Assembly (NCBI GenBank): GCA_963765565.1
Contig: CAVXWV010000013.1
Location: forward strand, 172,705-236,704
Direction of reading: 5' to 3'
Length of the DNA: 64,000 bases
Source: an uncultured Chloroflexia bacterium
Lineage (GTDB): Bacteria; Chloroflexota; Anaerolineae; Anaerolineales; UBA4823
The notes beneath the pieces were generated by a model, which made no database searches, was not told the DNA's origin, and saw only the letters and a list, made by a program, of their open reading frames with translations. Below are positions 19,469-29,524 of the stretch, one piece after another (position 1 is the first letter of the stretch; each line of letters begins with the position of its first letter). The translations under genes were made by a program, and so were the position numbers.

Positions 19469-20449
19469 TCACCTCGCTTCGTGGCAGGCGATCCAGTGAC
19501 CTGGGCGGATTTCGCGCCACTCGGGGCTGGACTCAGAGCAGTGCGGCTGGGCGATCGGGCAGCGCGGGTGGAAGCGGCAGCCTGAGGGCGGATTCACCGG
19601 GCTGGGGATTTCACCTACCAGCACCGTGCGCTGGCGCAGGCGATCCCTCTTAGGATCTGGGATGGGCACGGCAGATAGCAGCGCCTGGGTATACGGGTGC
19701 AAGGCGTTCTCGTAGAGCTCGTCACGCCCAGCCATTTCAACCATCACTCCCAGGTACATGACCATCACCCTGTCGCAGATGTGGCGCACCATGCTCAGAT
19801 CGTGGGCGATGAATAAATAAGTCAGGCTAAACTGGTCCTGCAGGTCTTCCAGCAAATTCACGACCTGCGCCTGGATCGAGACGTCCAGGGCGGAGATTGG
19901 CTCATCGCAGACGATAAACGCCGGGTCAGAAGCCAGCGCCCTGGCAATGCCAATGCGCTGGCGCTGCCCACCGGAGAACTCGTGCGGGAAGCGGTTCGTG
20001 TGCGAAGAGCTCAAGCCCACGAGCTGCAGCAGCTCCTGGACACGCTCGTTGCGCATTTTCTGGTTTCCAGCCAGGCCGTGGACACGCAGCGGCTCAGAAA
20101 TAATCGAATTCACCGTCCAGCGCGGGTTCAAGGAGGCGAAAGGATCCTGGAAGATGATCTGGGCTCTGCGGCGGATCTCCATTAATTCGGCGCCGCGAGC
20201 CCGGCGCATGTCGTGACCGTCGATGTTGATCTCGCCACCTGTGGCGGGATACAAACCCAGCAGTGTACGCCCGGCAGTGGTCTTCCCGCAGCCACTCTCA
20301 CCGACCAGGCCCAGGGTTTCGCCGCGCTGGATATCGAATGAGATGCCGTCGACGGCGCGCACATAGCCGACTGCCTTCTGGAGAACCAATCCCTGGGTGA
20401 CCGGGAAATACTTGGTCAGGTTCCTGACCTGAACCAGGGCGCCGCTCAT
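19469..20449 (-). CDS. Oligopeptide/dipeptide ABC transporter ATP-binding protein (OppF-like)
   Basis: Walker [10 protein letters not shown], signature FSGGQRQR, Walker [13 protein letters not shown], and a C-terminal Cys-rich oligopeptide-ABC tail (CRFHPRCP). Confidence 0.9.
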   Translation of the reverse strand: MSGALVQVRNLTKYFPVTQGLVLQKAVGYVRAVDGISFDIQRGETLGLVGESGCGKTTAGRTLLGLYPATGGEINIDGHDMRRARGAELMEIRRRAQIIFQDPFASLNPRWTVNSIISEPLRVHGLAGNQKMRNERVQELLQLVGLSSSHTNRFPHEFSGGQRQRIGIARALASDPAFIVCDEPISALDVSIQAQVVNLLEDLQDQFSLTYLFIAHDLSMVRHICDRVMVMYLGVMVEMAGRDELYENALHPYTQALLSAVPIPDPKRDRLRQRTVLVGEIPSPVNPPSGCRFHPRCPIAQPHCSESSPEWREIRPGHWIACHEAR

Positions 20450-21458
20450 CGCAGGACCCCGGGTGATCTGGAAATAACCACGTCACCTACGTCTACCCAG
20501 CAGGCGATGCGGTGCATGGGTCCAACCTGGCGCAGGACCGGGCGTTCTTGCCAGCAGGCTTCCTTGACAAATTCACAGCGCGGAGCAAACGGGCAGCCCC
20601 GGGGCACTACCAGCAGGTTCGGCGGGGATCCCGGGATCGACTTGAGACGCCTGTCCCTGCGGCGGTCGGCGCGCGGCAGGGCAGCCAGCAGAGCCAGGGT
20701 GTACGGGTGGAGGGGATGCTCGTAGAGATCGTCGACGGCGGCCTCCTCCACAATATAGCCGGCGTACATGACCAGCACGCTGTCGGCCATACCGGCGACA
20801 ACCCCCAGGTCATGGGTGATCCAGATGATCGATAAGTTGACTTTCTGGCACAAATCCTGGACCAGCTCGATGATTTGCGCCTGGATGGTGACGTCCAGGG
20901 CAGTGGTTGGTTCATCAGCGATCAGCAGGCTAGGCTGGCAAGAAAGCGCCATCGCAATCATCACGCGCTGACGCATGCCGCCAGAAAACTGGTGAGGATA
21001 AGCTCGTAAACGGTTCCGCGCATCCGAAATGCCTACCATCTCCAGCAGCTCGATGGCGCGCTGCGTCGCCTGGTCTTTGGTCATGCCCAGGTGAACGACC
21101 AGGGTCTCCGTGAGCTGGCGGCCGATGCTGAGTACCGGGTTGAGCGACGTCATCGGATCCTGGAAGATCATTGCAATCTCCTGGCCGCGGATATTGCTCT
21201 CCATCTCCTGGTCGCTCAATTTAAGAGGTCATGGCCGCGGTAAAGCGCCGATCCGCTGGCGATCTCGCCAGGGGGAATGGCTATCAGGCGCAGGATGGAA
21301 TGCATGGTCACCGATTTCCCGCAGCCGCTCTCGCCGACGACCGCCAGGGTAGCGCCTTCTTGCAGGTTGAAGGAGATGCCATTCACGGCGTGCACAGTGC
21401 CTTCCGGTATGTGGAAGCGGGTTTGTAGATTATGGACTTCCAGCAAGTTCGCTGCCAT
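20446..21458 (-). pseudogene. Oligopeptide/dipeptide ABC transporter ATP-binding protein (OppD-like); 1-nt frame break at about 21218
   Basis: The upstream fragment (to 21216) carries GESGCGKS and ends ...YRGHDLLN*. The downstream fragment (TTG 21219) continues SDQEMESNIRGQEIAMIFQDP with QFSGGMRQR and LLIADEPTTALD. Adding one A to the TTAAATTG run restores DLLKLSDQEM. Confidence 0.85.
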
Positions 21459-21463
21459 GGGGT

Positions 21464-22459
21464 TTATACCGCCCGGCTGCGCGGATCGAGGGCGTCCCGC
21501 AGTCCATCGCCAACAAAGTTGATTGCCAGGACTATCAATAAAATCAAGAAGCCAGGGAACAGCCAAAGCCAGTAAGCGGTCTCAATGTAATTGTAAGCGC
21601 CTTCGAGCATGTTGCCCCAGGTAGCCGTCGGCGGGCGCACCCCCAGCCCCAAAAAGCTGATGTAGGCTTCGAGCGTGATCGCATTTGCCAAACCCAGGGT
21701 AGCTGAAACCACGATCGGCGCCACGCAATTGGGCAGGATGTGACGGAAGATGACGCCAGGAGTAGCGGTGCCGGTAGCGCGCGCAGCCAGAATGAACTCG
21801 CGCTCCTTGATGGAGAGGAATTCGGCACGCACGATGCGCGCCAGGTAAGGCCAGGAGGTTAATCCGATGATGACCACGATCACAATCACGCTGCCACTGA
21901 AGGTGCGCCCCAGGATGGTGACATCCGGGATGTTGCCGGCAAAGTATTTTGCCATCACCAGCAACAGGAAAATCTGGGGGATGATGAGCACGGCTTCAGT
22001 GATGCGCATCAGGGTTGCATCCAGCCAGCCGCCGAAGAAGCCTGCCAGGGCGCCAACCAGGATGCCCACCGTCACCTCAATGGAGACGGCGAACAGACCA
22101 ATGATCAACGAAATTTGGCCTCCGTAGATGGTGCGCGCCAGGATGTCACGCCCGATCGTGTCGGTGCCAAAGGGATGCTCGCGCGACGGTCCCTGCAGAG
22201 CGATGCTGGTATCGTTAAAATTGGCATCCTTCTCGGAAAATATGAGCGCCCCGACGATGGTATATAGCGTCAGGAAGAGCAGTACTCCAACCCCAAACAT
22301 GGCCATCTTGTGGCGCTTGAAGCGCAGCCAGGCCAGCCTGGATAGTGAAAGCGGCGGCGCTTCGAGGTCATGCCAACCGGCGGCGCTGCTGTTCATGATC
22401 AGTTCGCTGCCAGGCGGGGCGGATTGGCCGGCCGCAGCGCCCTTGACGACCCTTTTCAT
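21464..22459 (-). CDS. Peptide ABC transporter permease (OppC-like)
   Basis: Multi-TM binding-protein-dependent permease text located between the other permease and the ATPases. The start is uncertain (22459 or 22396; the track start is 22510). Confidence 0.8.
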   Translation of the reverse strand: MKRVVKGAAAGQSAPPGSELIMNSSAAGWHDLEAPPLSLSRLAWLRFKRHKMAMFGVGVLLFLTLYTIVGALIFSEKDANFNDTSIALQGPSREHPFGTDTIGRDILARTIYGGQISLIIGLFAVSIEVTVGILVGALAGFFGGWLDATLMRITEAVLIIPQIFLLLVMAKYFAGNIPDVTILGRTFSGSVIVIVVIIGLTSWPYLARIVRAEFLSIKEREFILAARATGTATPGVIFRHILPNCVAPIVVSATLGLANAITLEAYISFLGLGVRPPTATWGNMLEGAYNYIETAYWLWLFPGFLILLIVLAINFVGDGLRDALDPRSRAV

Positions 22460-22605
22460 GCGGTCACCTGCCCACCTGGCACCGCAAGCGTACAGGCGAT
22501 GGCTGTCCACACGCTCGTAATTGCAAATCCTTCAGTGCATTCATAATACTTTTCAGGGCTTCAGTGATCCTTTCAGTTGCTCAGTGGGTCAGTGTCTCGG
22601 CAATT

Positions 22606-23637
22606 CTACTGGTAGCGGATGCGTGGATCGAGCCAGGCATAAACGATGTCAGTCAAAATCTGAAAGATCACCACCGCCAGGGCAATCATCATCATGATCC
22701 CCATCACCACCGGCGTATCTCCGCGCGATACGTGGTAGATGAACAGGCGACCCATACCAGGCCAGGCAAAGATCGTCTCTGTAACCAGGGCTCCGCTGAT
22801 CAAGAATGGGAGGTCCAGGCCAACAACGGTAACGATCGGCAGCGAGGCGTTCTTCAAGGCATGGATAAAGACAACGTCACGCCGGGGCAGCCCCTTGGCA
22901 CGCGCCGTGCGGATATAGTCCTGGTTCAAGGTCTCCAGCATGGTGCTGCGGATGTAGCGGCTGTAGGCCGAGAAACTGGTAACGGCGATCGTGATGACGG
23001 GAAGGACCATGTGCCACATCACCTGGCTCATGGTCTGCCCGACTTGCGGCTCAAACATGCCCACCGTCGGCAGGTAGGGCAATCCCCAACGCCGGAAATT
23101 CACAGCAAAAATATACATCGAGCCGAGGGCAATAAAGAATATCGGCATCGAGTAGCCGATGAAGGCGAAGGTGGTGACCACATTATCCAGCAGCGTATAC
23201 GGGCGCAAAGCAGAATAAACCCCCAGCAGCAGCGCGCCAATAATGACCACGACCTCGGCGGTCAGCATGAGGATCAGCGTGTTCGGGATGCGATCCAGGA
23301 TCACGCGGGTCACAGGCTCGCGGGCTACCAACGAAGTCCCAAAATCGCCGCGCAGCGCCCCGCGCCGGATGCCCTGGGTTTCGGCGACACCGTCGCCATC
23401 CAGGTCAACCTTCGTCCAATCGTTGCCGACCAGCCAGTAGATATACTGGACGATGGTCGGTTTATCGAGACCAAGCTGACGCGCCAGGCGCTCACGATCT
23501 GCCGAGCGCGTCAGGGTGCGGCCTCCCATGGTCGCCAAAGGGTCGCCCATGTTCTGCATCATCACGAACAGCACCAGGCTGACTATGAAGAGCAGGGGCA
23601 GCGACTGCAGCAGGCGACGGATGATGAAGCGGGTCAA
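22606..23637 (-). CDS. Peptide ABC transporter permease (OppB-like)
   Basis: Typical N-terminus LTRFIIRRLLQSLPLLFIVSLVLF from TTG 23637, 5 nt after the binding-protein stop. The track ORF extends upstream into the binding-protein gene. Confidence 0.8.
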   Translation of the reverse strand: MTRFIIRRLLQSLPLLFIVSLVLFVMMQNMGDPLATMGGRTLTRSADRERLARQLGLDKPTIVQYIYWLVGNDWTKVDLDGDGVAETQGIRRGALRGDFGTSLVAREPVTRVILDRIPNTLILMLTAEVVVIIGALLLGVYSALRPYTLLDNVVTTFAFIGYSMPIFFIALGSMYIFAVNFRRWGLPYLPTVGMFEPQVGQTMSQVMWHMVLPVITIAVTSFSAYSRYIRSTMLETLNQDYIRTARAKGLPRRDVVFIHALKNASLPIVTVVGLDLPFLISGALVTETIFAWPGMGRLFIYHVSRGDTPVVMGIMMMIALAVVIFQILTDIVYAWLDPRIRYQ

Positions 23638-23641
23638 GCTC

Positions 23642-25282
23642 TTATTGGATACCCCAGCTTTCGATGTTATAGAAAGGCGTTGCGCCGGAGAGCTTGACGT
23701 CCACCAGGCGCTTGCCAACAGCCCAGATGTCCGGATCCTGCCAGATACTCGCCCAATAGACCTGGTCATACATGATCTTGGTGATCTTCTGGAAGGTGGC
23801 AATGCGCTCGTTGGTATCTACCTGCGAAGCCTGCTGCTGGAAGAGTCCATCCAGCTCCTCATCGCAAAGGTACTGAGCGTTCAAACCTTGCGGCGACTCG
23901 TCACTGGGGATTTCCGAGCACAGCCAGTAAGCGATGTCCGGGTCTGGGAAGGCGGTGGGGACGTCGGACCACTGCATGATATCCAGCTCGCCAGTGTAGG
24001 AGGGACCCTGGTCACCGTAGCTGGCGAAGAAGATGTCCGAGTTGTAGTTCAGGAGCGTCGTGCCTATGCCGACCTCTGCCAGCATCTGCTGGATGATAGC
24101 CTGGGTGCTCTGGCGAACCTCCTTTGTGGTAGTTCCGTAGCGCAGCACAAGCTCGACGCCGTCTTTATCGCGGGTGCCATCGCCGTTCGAGTCAACCCAG
24201 CCCGCTTCATCGAGCAGGCTCTTGGCCTTCTCAAGGTCAAAAGGATAGGGCTTGAGCGAAGCATCGACGTATGGCGAGTTGTCCCACAGGCTGGCGCCGG
24301 GCTGAGTCTTGCCCAGCAGGAGATCCTTGGAAATCTTTGCGCGGTCTATAGCGTAAATCAAGGCCTGGCGTACGCGCACATCCAGCATGGCGGGATTTGC
24401 TTTGGGTCCCATGCTCAAGAACCAGCCCTCGCTATAACCGGATTGTACCGTGACCACGGAGACGCCGGCCTCTTCGAGGGTTGGGATATCCGGGTACGAG
24501 ATAAAGATTCCCAGGTCGCCATCGCCGGCTTTGAGGGCGGCCACCTGGGCAGCGTCATCCGGAACGATGCGGATGAATATTTCATCAATCTTAGCCTTTT
24601 CGCCAAAGTACTTGTCATTCTTGACGAAGCGCAGGAAGGAACCGGATTCCCATGTGTCGAACTTGAAAGGCCCAATGCTGACGGCCGGGGCTTTATTCCA
24701 TTCGGCGGTATCCAGGGTGCCATCTTTTTCAAAGATAGGACCCAGCACGTGTGCGGGAAGGAGGCCGTGGAAAAGCTGCAGCCAGGGAGCAAATGGGGAA
24801 TTAAAATTAACAACCACGGTCAACTCGTCGGGCGTCTCGATGCTGGCCACCTGGTCGTAAGGATAGGTGGTGGAGACGGTATTCGTCGGCTCCATGTACA
24901 TGTCGTAGGTGAATTTGAAATCCTCCGACGTCATCTTCTCGCCATCCGACCAGACCAAGTCGTCGCGTAAATGCAATGTCATCTGCGTACCATCGGCGGA
25001 AATCCCACCGTTTTCGACACTCGGCAATTCCGTGAGTAAGACCGGGTAAGGTTTGTTCTGGTCGTCATACTGCCAGGCCCAGACATTCCAAACCTGGTGC
25101 AGGATCAGCGAGAAATACATGTTGGAGTAGAGCGGGTTCAGCGTGTCCGGCTCCTGGGTGAAGATCAGGGTGGCGACCTTTTTCTCACCGGTACTGGCGC
25201 CGCCGCCTTCGCCGGTGTTACAGGCGCTGAGGACGAGGGCAAAGGCAACGAAAATACAAATTATTAATTGAAGCTTACGCAT
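23642..25282 (-). CDS. ABC transporter substrate-binding lipoprotein, family 5 (peptide-binding)
   Basis: Lipoprotein signal MRKLQLIICIFVAFALVLSAC with AGGAGGA upstream of ATG 25282. About 545 aa, first gene of an A-B-C-D-F-ordered operon. Confidence 0.85.
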   Translation of the reverse strand: MRKLQLIICIFVAFALVLSACNTGEGGGASTGEKKVATLIFTQEPDTLNPLYSNMYFSLILHQVWNVWAWQYDDQNKPYPVLLTELPSVENGGISADGTQMTLHLRDDLVWSDGEKMTSEDFKFTYDMYMEPTNTVSTTYPYDQVASIETPDELTVVVNFNSPFAPWLQLFHGLLPAHVLGPIFEKDGTLDTAEWNKAPAVSIGPFKFDTWESGSFLRFVKNDKYFGEKAKIDEIFIRIVPDDAAQVAALKAGDGDLGIFISYPDIPTLEEAGVSVVTVQSGYSEGWFLSMGPKANPAMLDVRVRQALIYAIDRAKISKDLLLGKTQPGASLWDNSPYVDASLKPYPFDLEKAKSLLDEAGWVDSNGDGTRDKDGVELVLRYGTTTKEVRQSTQAIIQQMLAEVGIGTTLLNYNSDIFFASYGDQGPSYTGELDIMQWSDVPTAFPDPDIAYWLCSEIPSDESPQGLNAQYLCDEELDGLFQQQASQVDTNERIATFQKITKIMYDQVYWASIWQDPDIWAVGKRLVDVKLSGATPFYNIESWGIQ

Positions 25283-25320
25283 GGGATCCTCCTTATGGAT
25301 TTTTGTGTGAAACAAGGGCG

Positions 25321-25383
25321 CTAAAAAAGAATAACCCCCCTCCTTGCTGAGAGGCGCCGAGTAAAGGCAGGCAAGGGGAGGGG
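25321..25383 (-). terminator. Intrinsic terminator/attenuator inside the 5' leader of the peptide ABC operon
   Basis: The minus-strand RNA reads CCCCUCCCCUUGC-(23 nt)-GCAAGGAGGGGGG followed by UUAUUCUUUUUU. It lies between the candidate promoter (25432-25459) and ATG 25282. Confidence 0.55.
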
Positions 25384-25431
25384 ATTAGGAAAACCGTAGA
25401 ATTGGATACTTGAACATTGTGAGTGTTTTGT

Positions 25432-25459
25432 ATTATAGCAATGTTGATGAGGATTGCAA
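25432..25459 (-). promoter_or_regulatory. Sigma70-type promoter candidate for the peptide ABC operon
   Basis: On the minus strand: TTGCAA, a 16-nt spacer, then TGcTATAAT (extended -10). Confidence 0.45.
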
Positions 25460-25546
25460 TAGGTATTTTTTAGAAGGTTATAAGAATTCAGCGTCTGCTA
25501 ACAAGATACAATATCAGTATCATTTGCTCCATTAAAGAAGGCTCAA

Positions 25547-26897
25547 ATGGGTCAATCGTTCCTGCAAATTCTCCAACACGAAGATATCGAAGCCATCCAC
25601 GCTGCCACCCTGCGCATCCTGGGTGAAGTGGGCATCATCCTCAGCCAACCCGATGCGCTTGAGCTGTTGTTGGGCGCCGGAGCCCGGCTGAAGAATAGCC
25701 GGATCCTCCTACCGGAATCCCTGGTCGAGTGGGCTCTGGCGCAGTGCCCGCACATCGTTTCCCTCGGGGGCGTGAAACCGAGCCATTCACCTAGGCGACG
25801 GATTGCTGCACTGGCACAACCTGGGCGGGGCGCGCGACGTCTTTGAACCCAGCACTCAAAGCCTGCGGCCCGCCATGGTCAAGGATGTGGTCCAGGCGGC
25901 GCGCCTGCTGGATGCCCTGCCCGCCTGCACCTGCGTAACGCCGTTCTTTACCCCGCAGGACGTGCCGGGGAGCCTGATGTCGCTGGCGATGTACCGGCAC
26001 ACCCTGCCGCAGACGACCAAGCCCGTCTACGGCCCGGGCGTGCAGACGAGGGCCGAGGTGCAAACCGTCGTGCGCATGGCAGAGGTAATCGGTCCTCCAG
26101 CCGAAATGCTGATGATGGCGATCTCGCCGATCAGCCCGCTGACCTTCCCCGATCACCTGGTGCAGGCCATGCTCGAAACGGCGCACCAGGGGCTGCCCTT
26201 CGGACCGCTGCCATGCCCAACCGCCGGTGCCACCGCTCCGCTGACAATCTCTGGCGCCCTGGCACAGCAAAATGCTGAGGTGCTGGCGTCGATCGTGCTG
26301 GTGCAGCTCGCTCATCCTGGACTGCCGGTGATGTATTGCGGGCGCCTGGCGATGATGGAGCCACGCACGGGAGCCTCGGTCTGGGGCGGCGTCGAGTTGG
26401 GGCTGGCCTCCGCCGGGACGGTGCAGGTCGCCCACCGCTACGGGCTGCCGGTGAACGTCTACGGTTTTTCCACCAACTCGCACACCCTCGACCTGCAGAA
26501 CGGTTTCGAGCGCGCCATGAACGCCCTTGTCCCGGCGCTGGCAGGCGCCGACGAGCTTTCCGGCATTGGTGAGATGGCTGCTGGAGCGGCGGCTTCTTAT
26601 GCCCAGATGGTGCTGGACGATGAGATTGCCGGGAGCGTACGCCGCCTGTTAGGTGGCTTTGCTTGCGACGAGGAAGCCCTGGCGGTTGATGTTGTGGCGG
26701 CAGCGATGAATACCACTCGCAATTTCCTCAGCGAGGAGCACACCCGCAAGCATTTACGGGCGGGTGAAATCCTGATCACGAAGCTGGCGGAGCGCGGCGC
26801 CTGGAGTGACTGGGAAAACCGTGGCCGCAGCAGCATGGCCGATAGAGCCCAGGCGATGGCGGAGCGCCTGCTCAGCGAGCACCGCGCCCAGAGCTAG
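25547..26897 (+). pseudogene. MttB-superfamily (trimethylamine/quaternary-amine type) methyltransferase, non-pyrrolysine; frame break at about 25776-25803
   Basis: N-terminal text ILQHEDIEAIHAATLRILGEVGIILSQPDALELL is in ORF 25547-25846. The remaining 364 aa are in ORF 25803-26897 in another frame. No in-frame TAG. Confidence 0.7.
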
Positions 26898-26968
26898 AGC
26901 CTTATCAGGAGGCAGAGCTGGATCGTATAATGGACAGTTTCGCTCAGGAACCACTTTGAAAAGCTATC

Positions 26969-27022
26969 GTAGGTTGGGTTGAGAGCCAACTGAAGACCTA
27001 GTTGGCTCTCAACCCAACCTAC
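26969..27022. repeat. Perfect 23-bp-stem palindrome downstream of the MttB-like gene
   Basis: GTAGGTTGGGTTGAGAGCCAACT - 8-nt loop - AGTTGGCTCTCAACCCAACCTAC. No T-tract follows. Confidence 0.8.
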
Positions 27023-27132
27023 CTTAAAAAGATTGCGGCAATCCAAAGATCGGATAGCGGCAATCAAAAACCAGATTGCTTCGGCGCACAAAGTACGTAC
27101 GTCTCGCAAAGACGATTAGAAAAGAGGCATCC

Positions 27133-28308
27133 TTGCTAGAAAAAGCCCAAACCATCCAATCCCAACTCATTACCTGGCGGCGCGAGTTCCACGCTTATCC
27201 TGAAATCGCCTTCCAGGAAGTTCGCACCTCTGCCCGGATCGCCGAGATCCTGGGACAAATGGGTTACCGTGTGACCACAGGCATCGGCAGGACCGGCGTC
27301 GTCGCCGAAATCGGCGAGGGCAGCCCATGCGTCGCCATCCGCGCTGACATCGATGCCCTGCCGATCCAGGAAGAGACCGGGCTGCCGTTCGCCTCGCGGG
27401 TGGACGGCATGATGCACGCCTGTGGTCATGACGCGCACACGGCGATGGGATTGGGGGCAGCCAACCTGCTAACTCACGAGAAATTCAACGGCAGGGTTCG
27501 CTTCCTGTTCCAACCTGCCGAGGAGGACAGCGATAACGAGGGGAAAAGCGGGGCGCAGCGGATGATCGAGGACGGCGCTATCGAGGGAGTGGACGCCATT
27601 TTCGCCCAGCATGTGGACGCCCAGACCGAAACCGGCCAGGTTGCAGTCAGTGCGGGGCCGACTTCGGCGGGCGTGGACACATTTTTCATCTCCATCAAGG
27701 CGGACGGCGGCCACGGCGCGGCACCCCACCTGACGATCGACCCGATTTTCATCTCCGGTCACGTGATCCTGGCATTGAACGGCATCGTCTCCCGGCGCAT
27801 CCACCCGTACGATCCGGCGGTGATCAGCGTCTGTTCCATCCACGGCGGGCAGGCTTCCAACGTCATCCCCTCGATCGTTGAGCTGACCGGGACAATCCGC
27901 TTTATGAACGACGAAGTGCAGAAAACGCTGCACCGCGAGATCGAAAAGTCGCTGGCGATTGTGAGCTCCCTGGGAGGCGACTACGACCTGCGGATCGAGA
28001 TCGGCTACCCGCCCAGCTACAACGACGATCGCATGGTTGAGCTGGTGCACCGCCAGGCAGTCGAAATGATCGGCGAAGGCAACCTCGTGCCTCCGCAGCG
28101 CACCATGGGCGCGGAGGATTTCGGCTACTTCATGCAGCACGCCCCGGGGGCGATGTTCTCCCTGGGGGTGAAGGGATCGCGCAGCGACCACCTGCACAGC
28201 CCAACTTTCATCCTGGACGAGGAAGCCCTGCCTTTAGGCACGGCGCTGTTGGCAAAGTCGGCGTTAGCGTTTCTCAAGAATGGGGGACGCGGTCTACAAA
28301 GTGCGTAG
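27133..28308 (+). CDS. M20-family amidohydrolase (N-acyl-amino-acid amidohydrolase / hippurate hydrolase type)
   Basis: RREFHAYPEIAFQE and MHACGHDAHTAM motifs. TTG 27133 with AAGAGG upstream is preferred; the track start is TTG 27076. Confidence 0.8.
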   Translation: MLEKAQTIQSQLITWRREFHAYPEIAFQEVRTSARIAEILGQMGYRVTTGIGRTGVVAEIGEGSPCVAIRADIDALPIQEETGLPFASRVDGMMHACGHDAHTAMGLGAANLLTHEKFNGRVRFLFQPAEEDSDNEGKSGAQRMIEDGAIEGVDAIFAQHVDAQTETGQVAVSAGPTSAGVDTFFISIKADGGHGAAPHLTIDPIFISGHVILALNGIVSRRIHPYDPAVISVCSIHGGQASNVIPSIVELTGTIRFMNDEVQKTLHREIEKSLAIVSSLGGDYDLRIEIGYPPSYNDDRMVELVHRQAVEMIGEGNLVPPQRTMGAEDFGYFMQHAPGAMFSLGVKGSRSDHLHSPTFILDEEALPLGTALLAKSALAFLKNGGRGLQSA

Positions 28309-28356
28309 ATATAACGCGGACGGGCGCGGAATTAAAATTATCCGCGTTCATCGGCG

Positions 28357-29508
28357 TTATCTGCGGTTTATGCAGACATCCGCGTCCTTTTTCTCTTTCC
28401 GGCGCTGGTGCTGCTCGTGGATTTCGGCGACGTGCCCGACCTTCTCAGCGATGGCCGCTTGCAGCCAGAAGGCGCCATTTTCGGCGGAGGCCAGGCTGCC
28501 GGCGCCGTATGCGCCGGTGCGGGTGTCGTCTTCCCAGGGCGGGTTAGCAACCAGGGCGCCGCTCTCGATCCAGTCCATGGAATACGAGGGGGTGCTGATA
28601 AAATCCACCTCATCGACGACTCGCTCCATGTGCACCAGCTCGGGTCGCAGGTGCAGTATCAACGAGGTCTCGAGCTCACAGGCGTGCCCCATACCGCCGT
28701 GCGCAGACCGGCGGCGCCCCTCCAGGGCAGCGATTCCCTCGGGTCCTGATAAATACAACCAGGCAGTGGCATAGAAGGCATGCGGATGCCTTTCGCCAGC
28801 GTACTTGACCACGTTGACGAGGAATGAGCAATTGCCGCCGTGCCCGCTGATCAGGTAGGCTTTCTCAAAACCGCGGGCTGCCAGGCTGTCCAGGACCGCC
28901 AGGTAAAAATTCTCAAATTCACGCCCGCCGGCGTTGAGGGTCCCGGCAAAGGAAGGACGGTGGGTGCTGACGCCGTAGGGCATCACCGGCAAGGTACAGG
29001 CATCCTTGGGCACAGCGGTAACCGTCCCCAGGGCAATGGCCTCGATAATCAGGGTGTCGGTGTTCAAAGGCAGGTGGTAGGCGTGCTGCTCGGTGTGACC
29101 GACCGGCACGAGGATCACCTTATCGCGATCCGATTCTGGGGGGAGAGGGGCCACCTGCAAATGAAGCGGCAGACCTGGCAGGACAAGCTGGCGGCTGCCG
29201 AGTCCGAGGTGCAAGTCTTGTGGCACAAGGACATAGACCCGGCTGAAACCGTCGTCTGCCAGGCTATCCAGGAGGTTGCTGAGGAAGGCTGCCAGGGTTG
29301 GCTCAGGCACTGCCAGGCCGCTGGTAAACCAGCCATAAGGGATGGCAGGCAGGATTCCGATGCGCTCGGGTGCGTCTAATGCCTGGGTGAGGTAAGGCTC
29401 CAGAAGCTCCCTGGGAGGCCTGCCCAGAGGGACCACCAGCGGTGTGCTGCGCGGCAGGGCAGCGACTTCCGGCCATGTCAGGTTTTCGTACGAGAAGAAT
29501 GTGGTCAT
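28357..29508 (-). CDS. Creatininase-family amidohydrolase with an extra degenerate N-terminal half-domain
   Basis: VPVGHTEQHAYHLPLNTDT and ISGHGGN motifs lie in the C-terminal ~250 aa. The N-terminal ~130 aa repeat the fold outline (LTWPEVAAL...PLVVPLG...GFSRVYVLV) without those residues. Confidence 0.7.
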   Translation of the reverse strand: MTTFFSYENLTWPEVAALPRSTPLVVPLGRPPRELLEPYLTQALDAPERIGILPAIPYGWFTSGLAVPEPTLAAFLSNLLDSLADDGFSRVYVLVPQDLHLGLGSRQLVLPGLPLHLQVAPLPPESDRDKVILVPVGHTEQHAYHLPLNTDTLIIEAIALGTVTAVPKDACTLPVMPYGVSTHRPSFAGTLNAGGREFENFYLAVLDSLAARGFEKAYLISGHGGNCSFLVNVVKYAGERHPHAFYATAWLYLSGPEGIAALEGRRRSAHGGMGHACELETSLILHLRPELVHMERVVDEVDFISTPSYSMDWIESGALVANPPWEDDTRTGAYGAGSLASAENGAFWLQAAIAEKVGHVAEIHEQHQRRKEKKDADVCINRR

Positions 29509-29524
29509 GGGTAGATCCTGGTCT

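Noticed and set aside
22564-24970. Long plus-strand ORFs (377 aa at 22564-23697 and 484 aa at 23516-24970) opposite the ABC permease and binding-protein genes
   Set aside because: Their text is low-complexity and rich in Arg/Gly/His/Gln/Asp, with no motifs. They are fully antisense to genes with strong family signatures. This is the typical stop-poor antisense frame of high-GC DNA.
25792-25794. TAG in the MttB-like gene as a possible pyrrolysine codon
   Set aside because: The TAG lies in neither of the two coding frames used by the gene fragments. No pyl genes are in the window.
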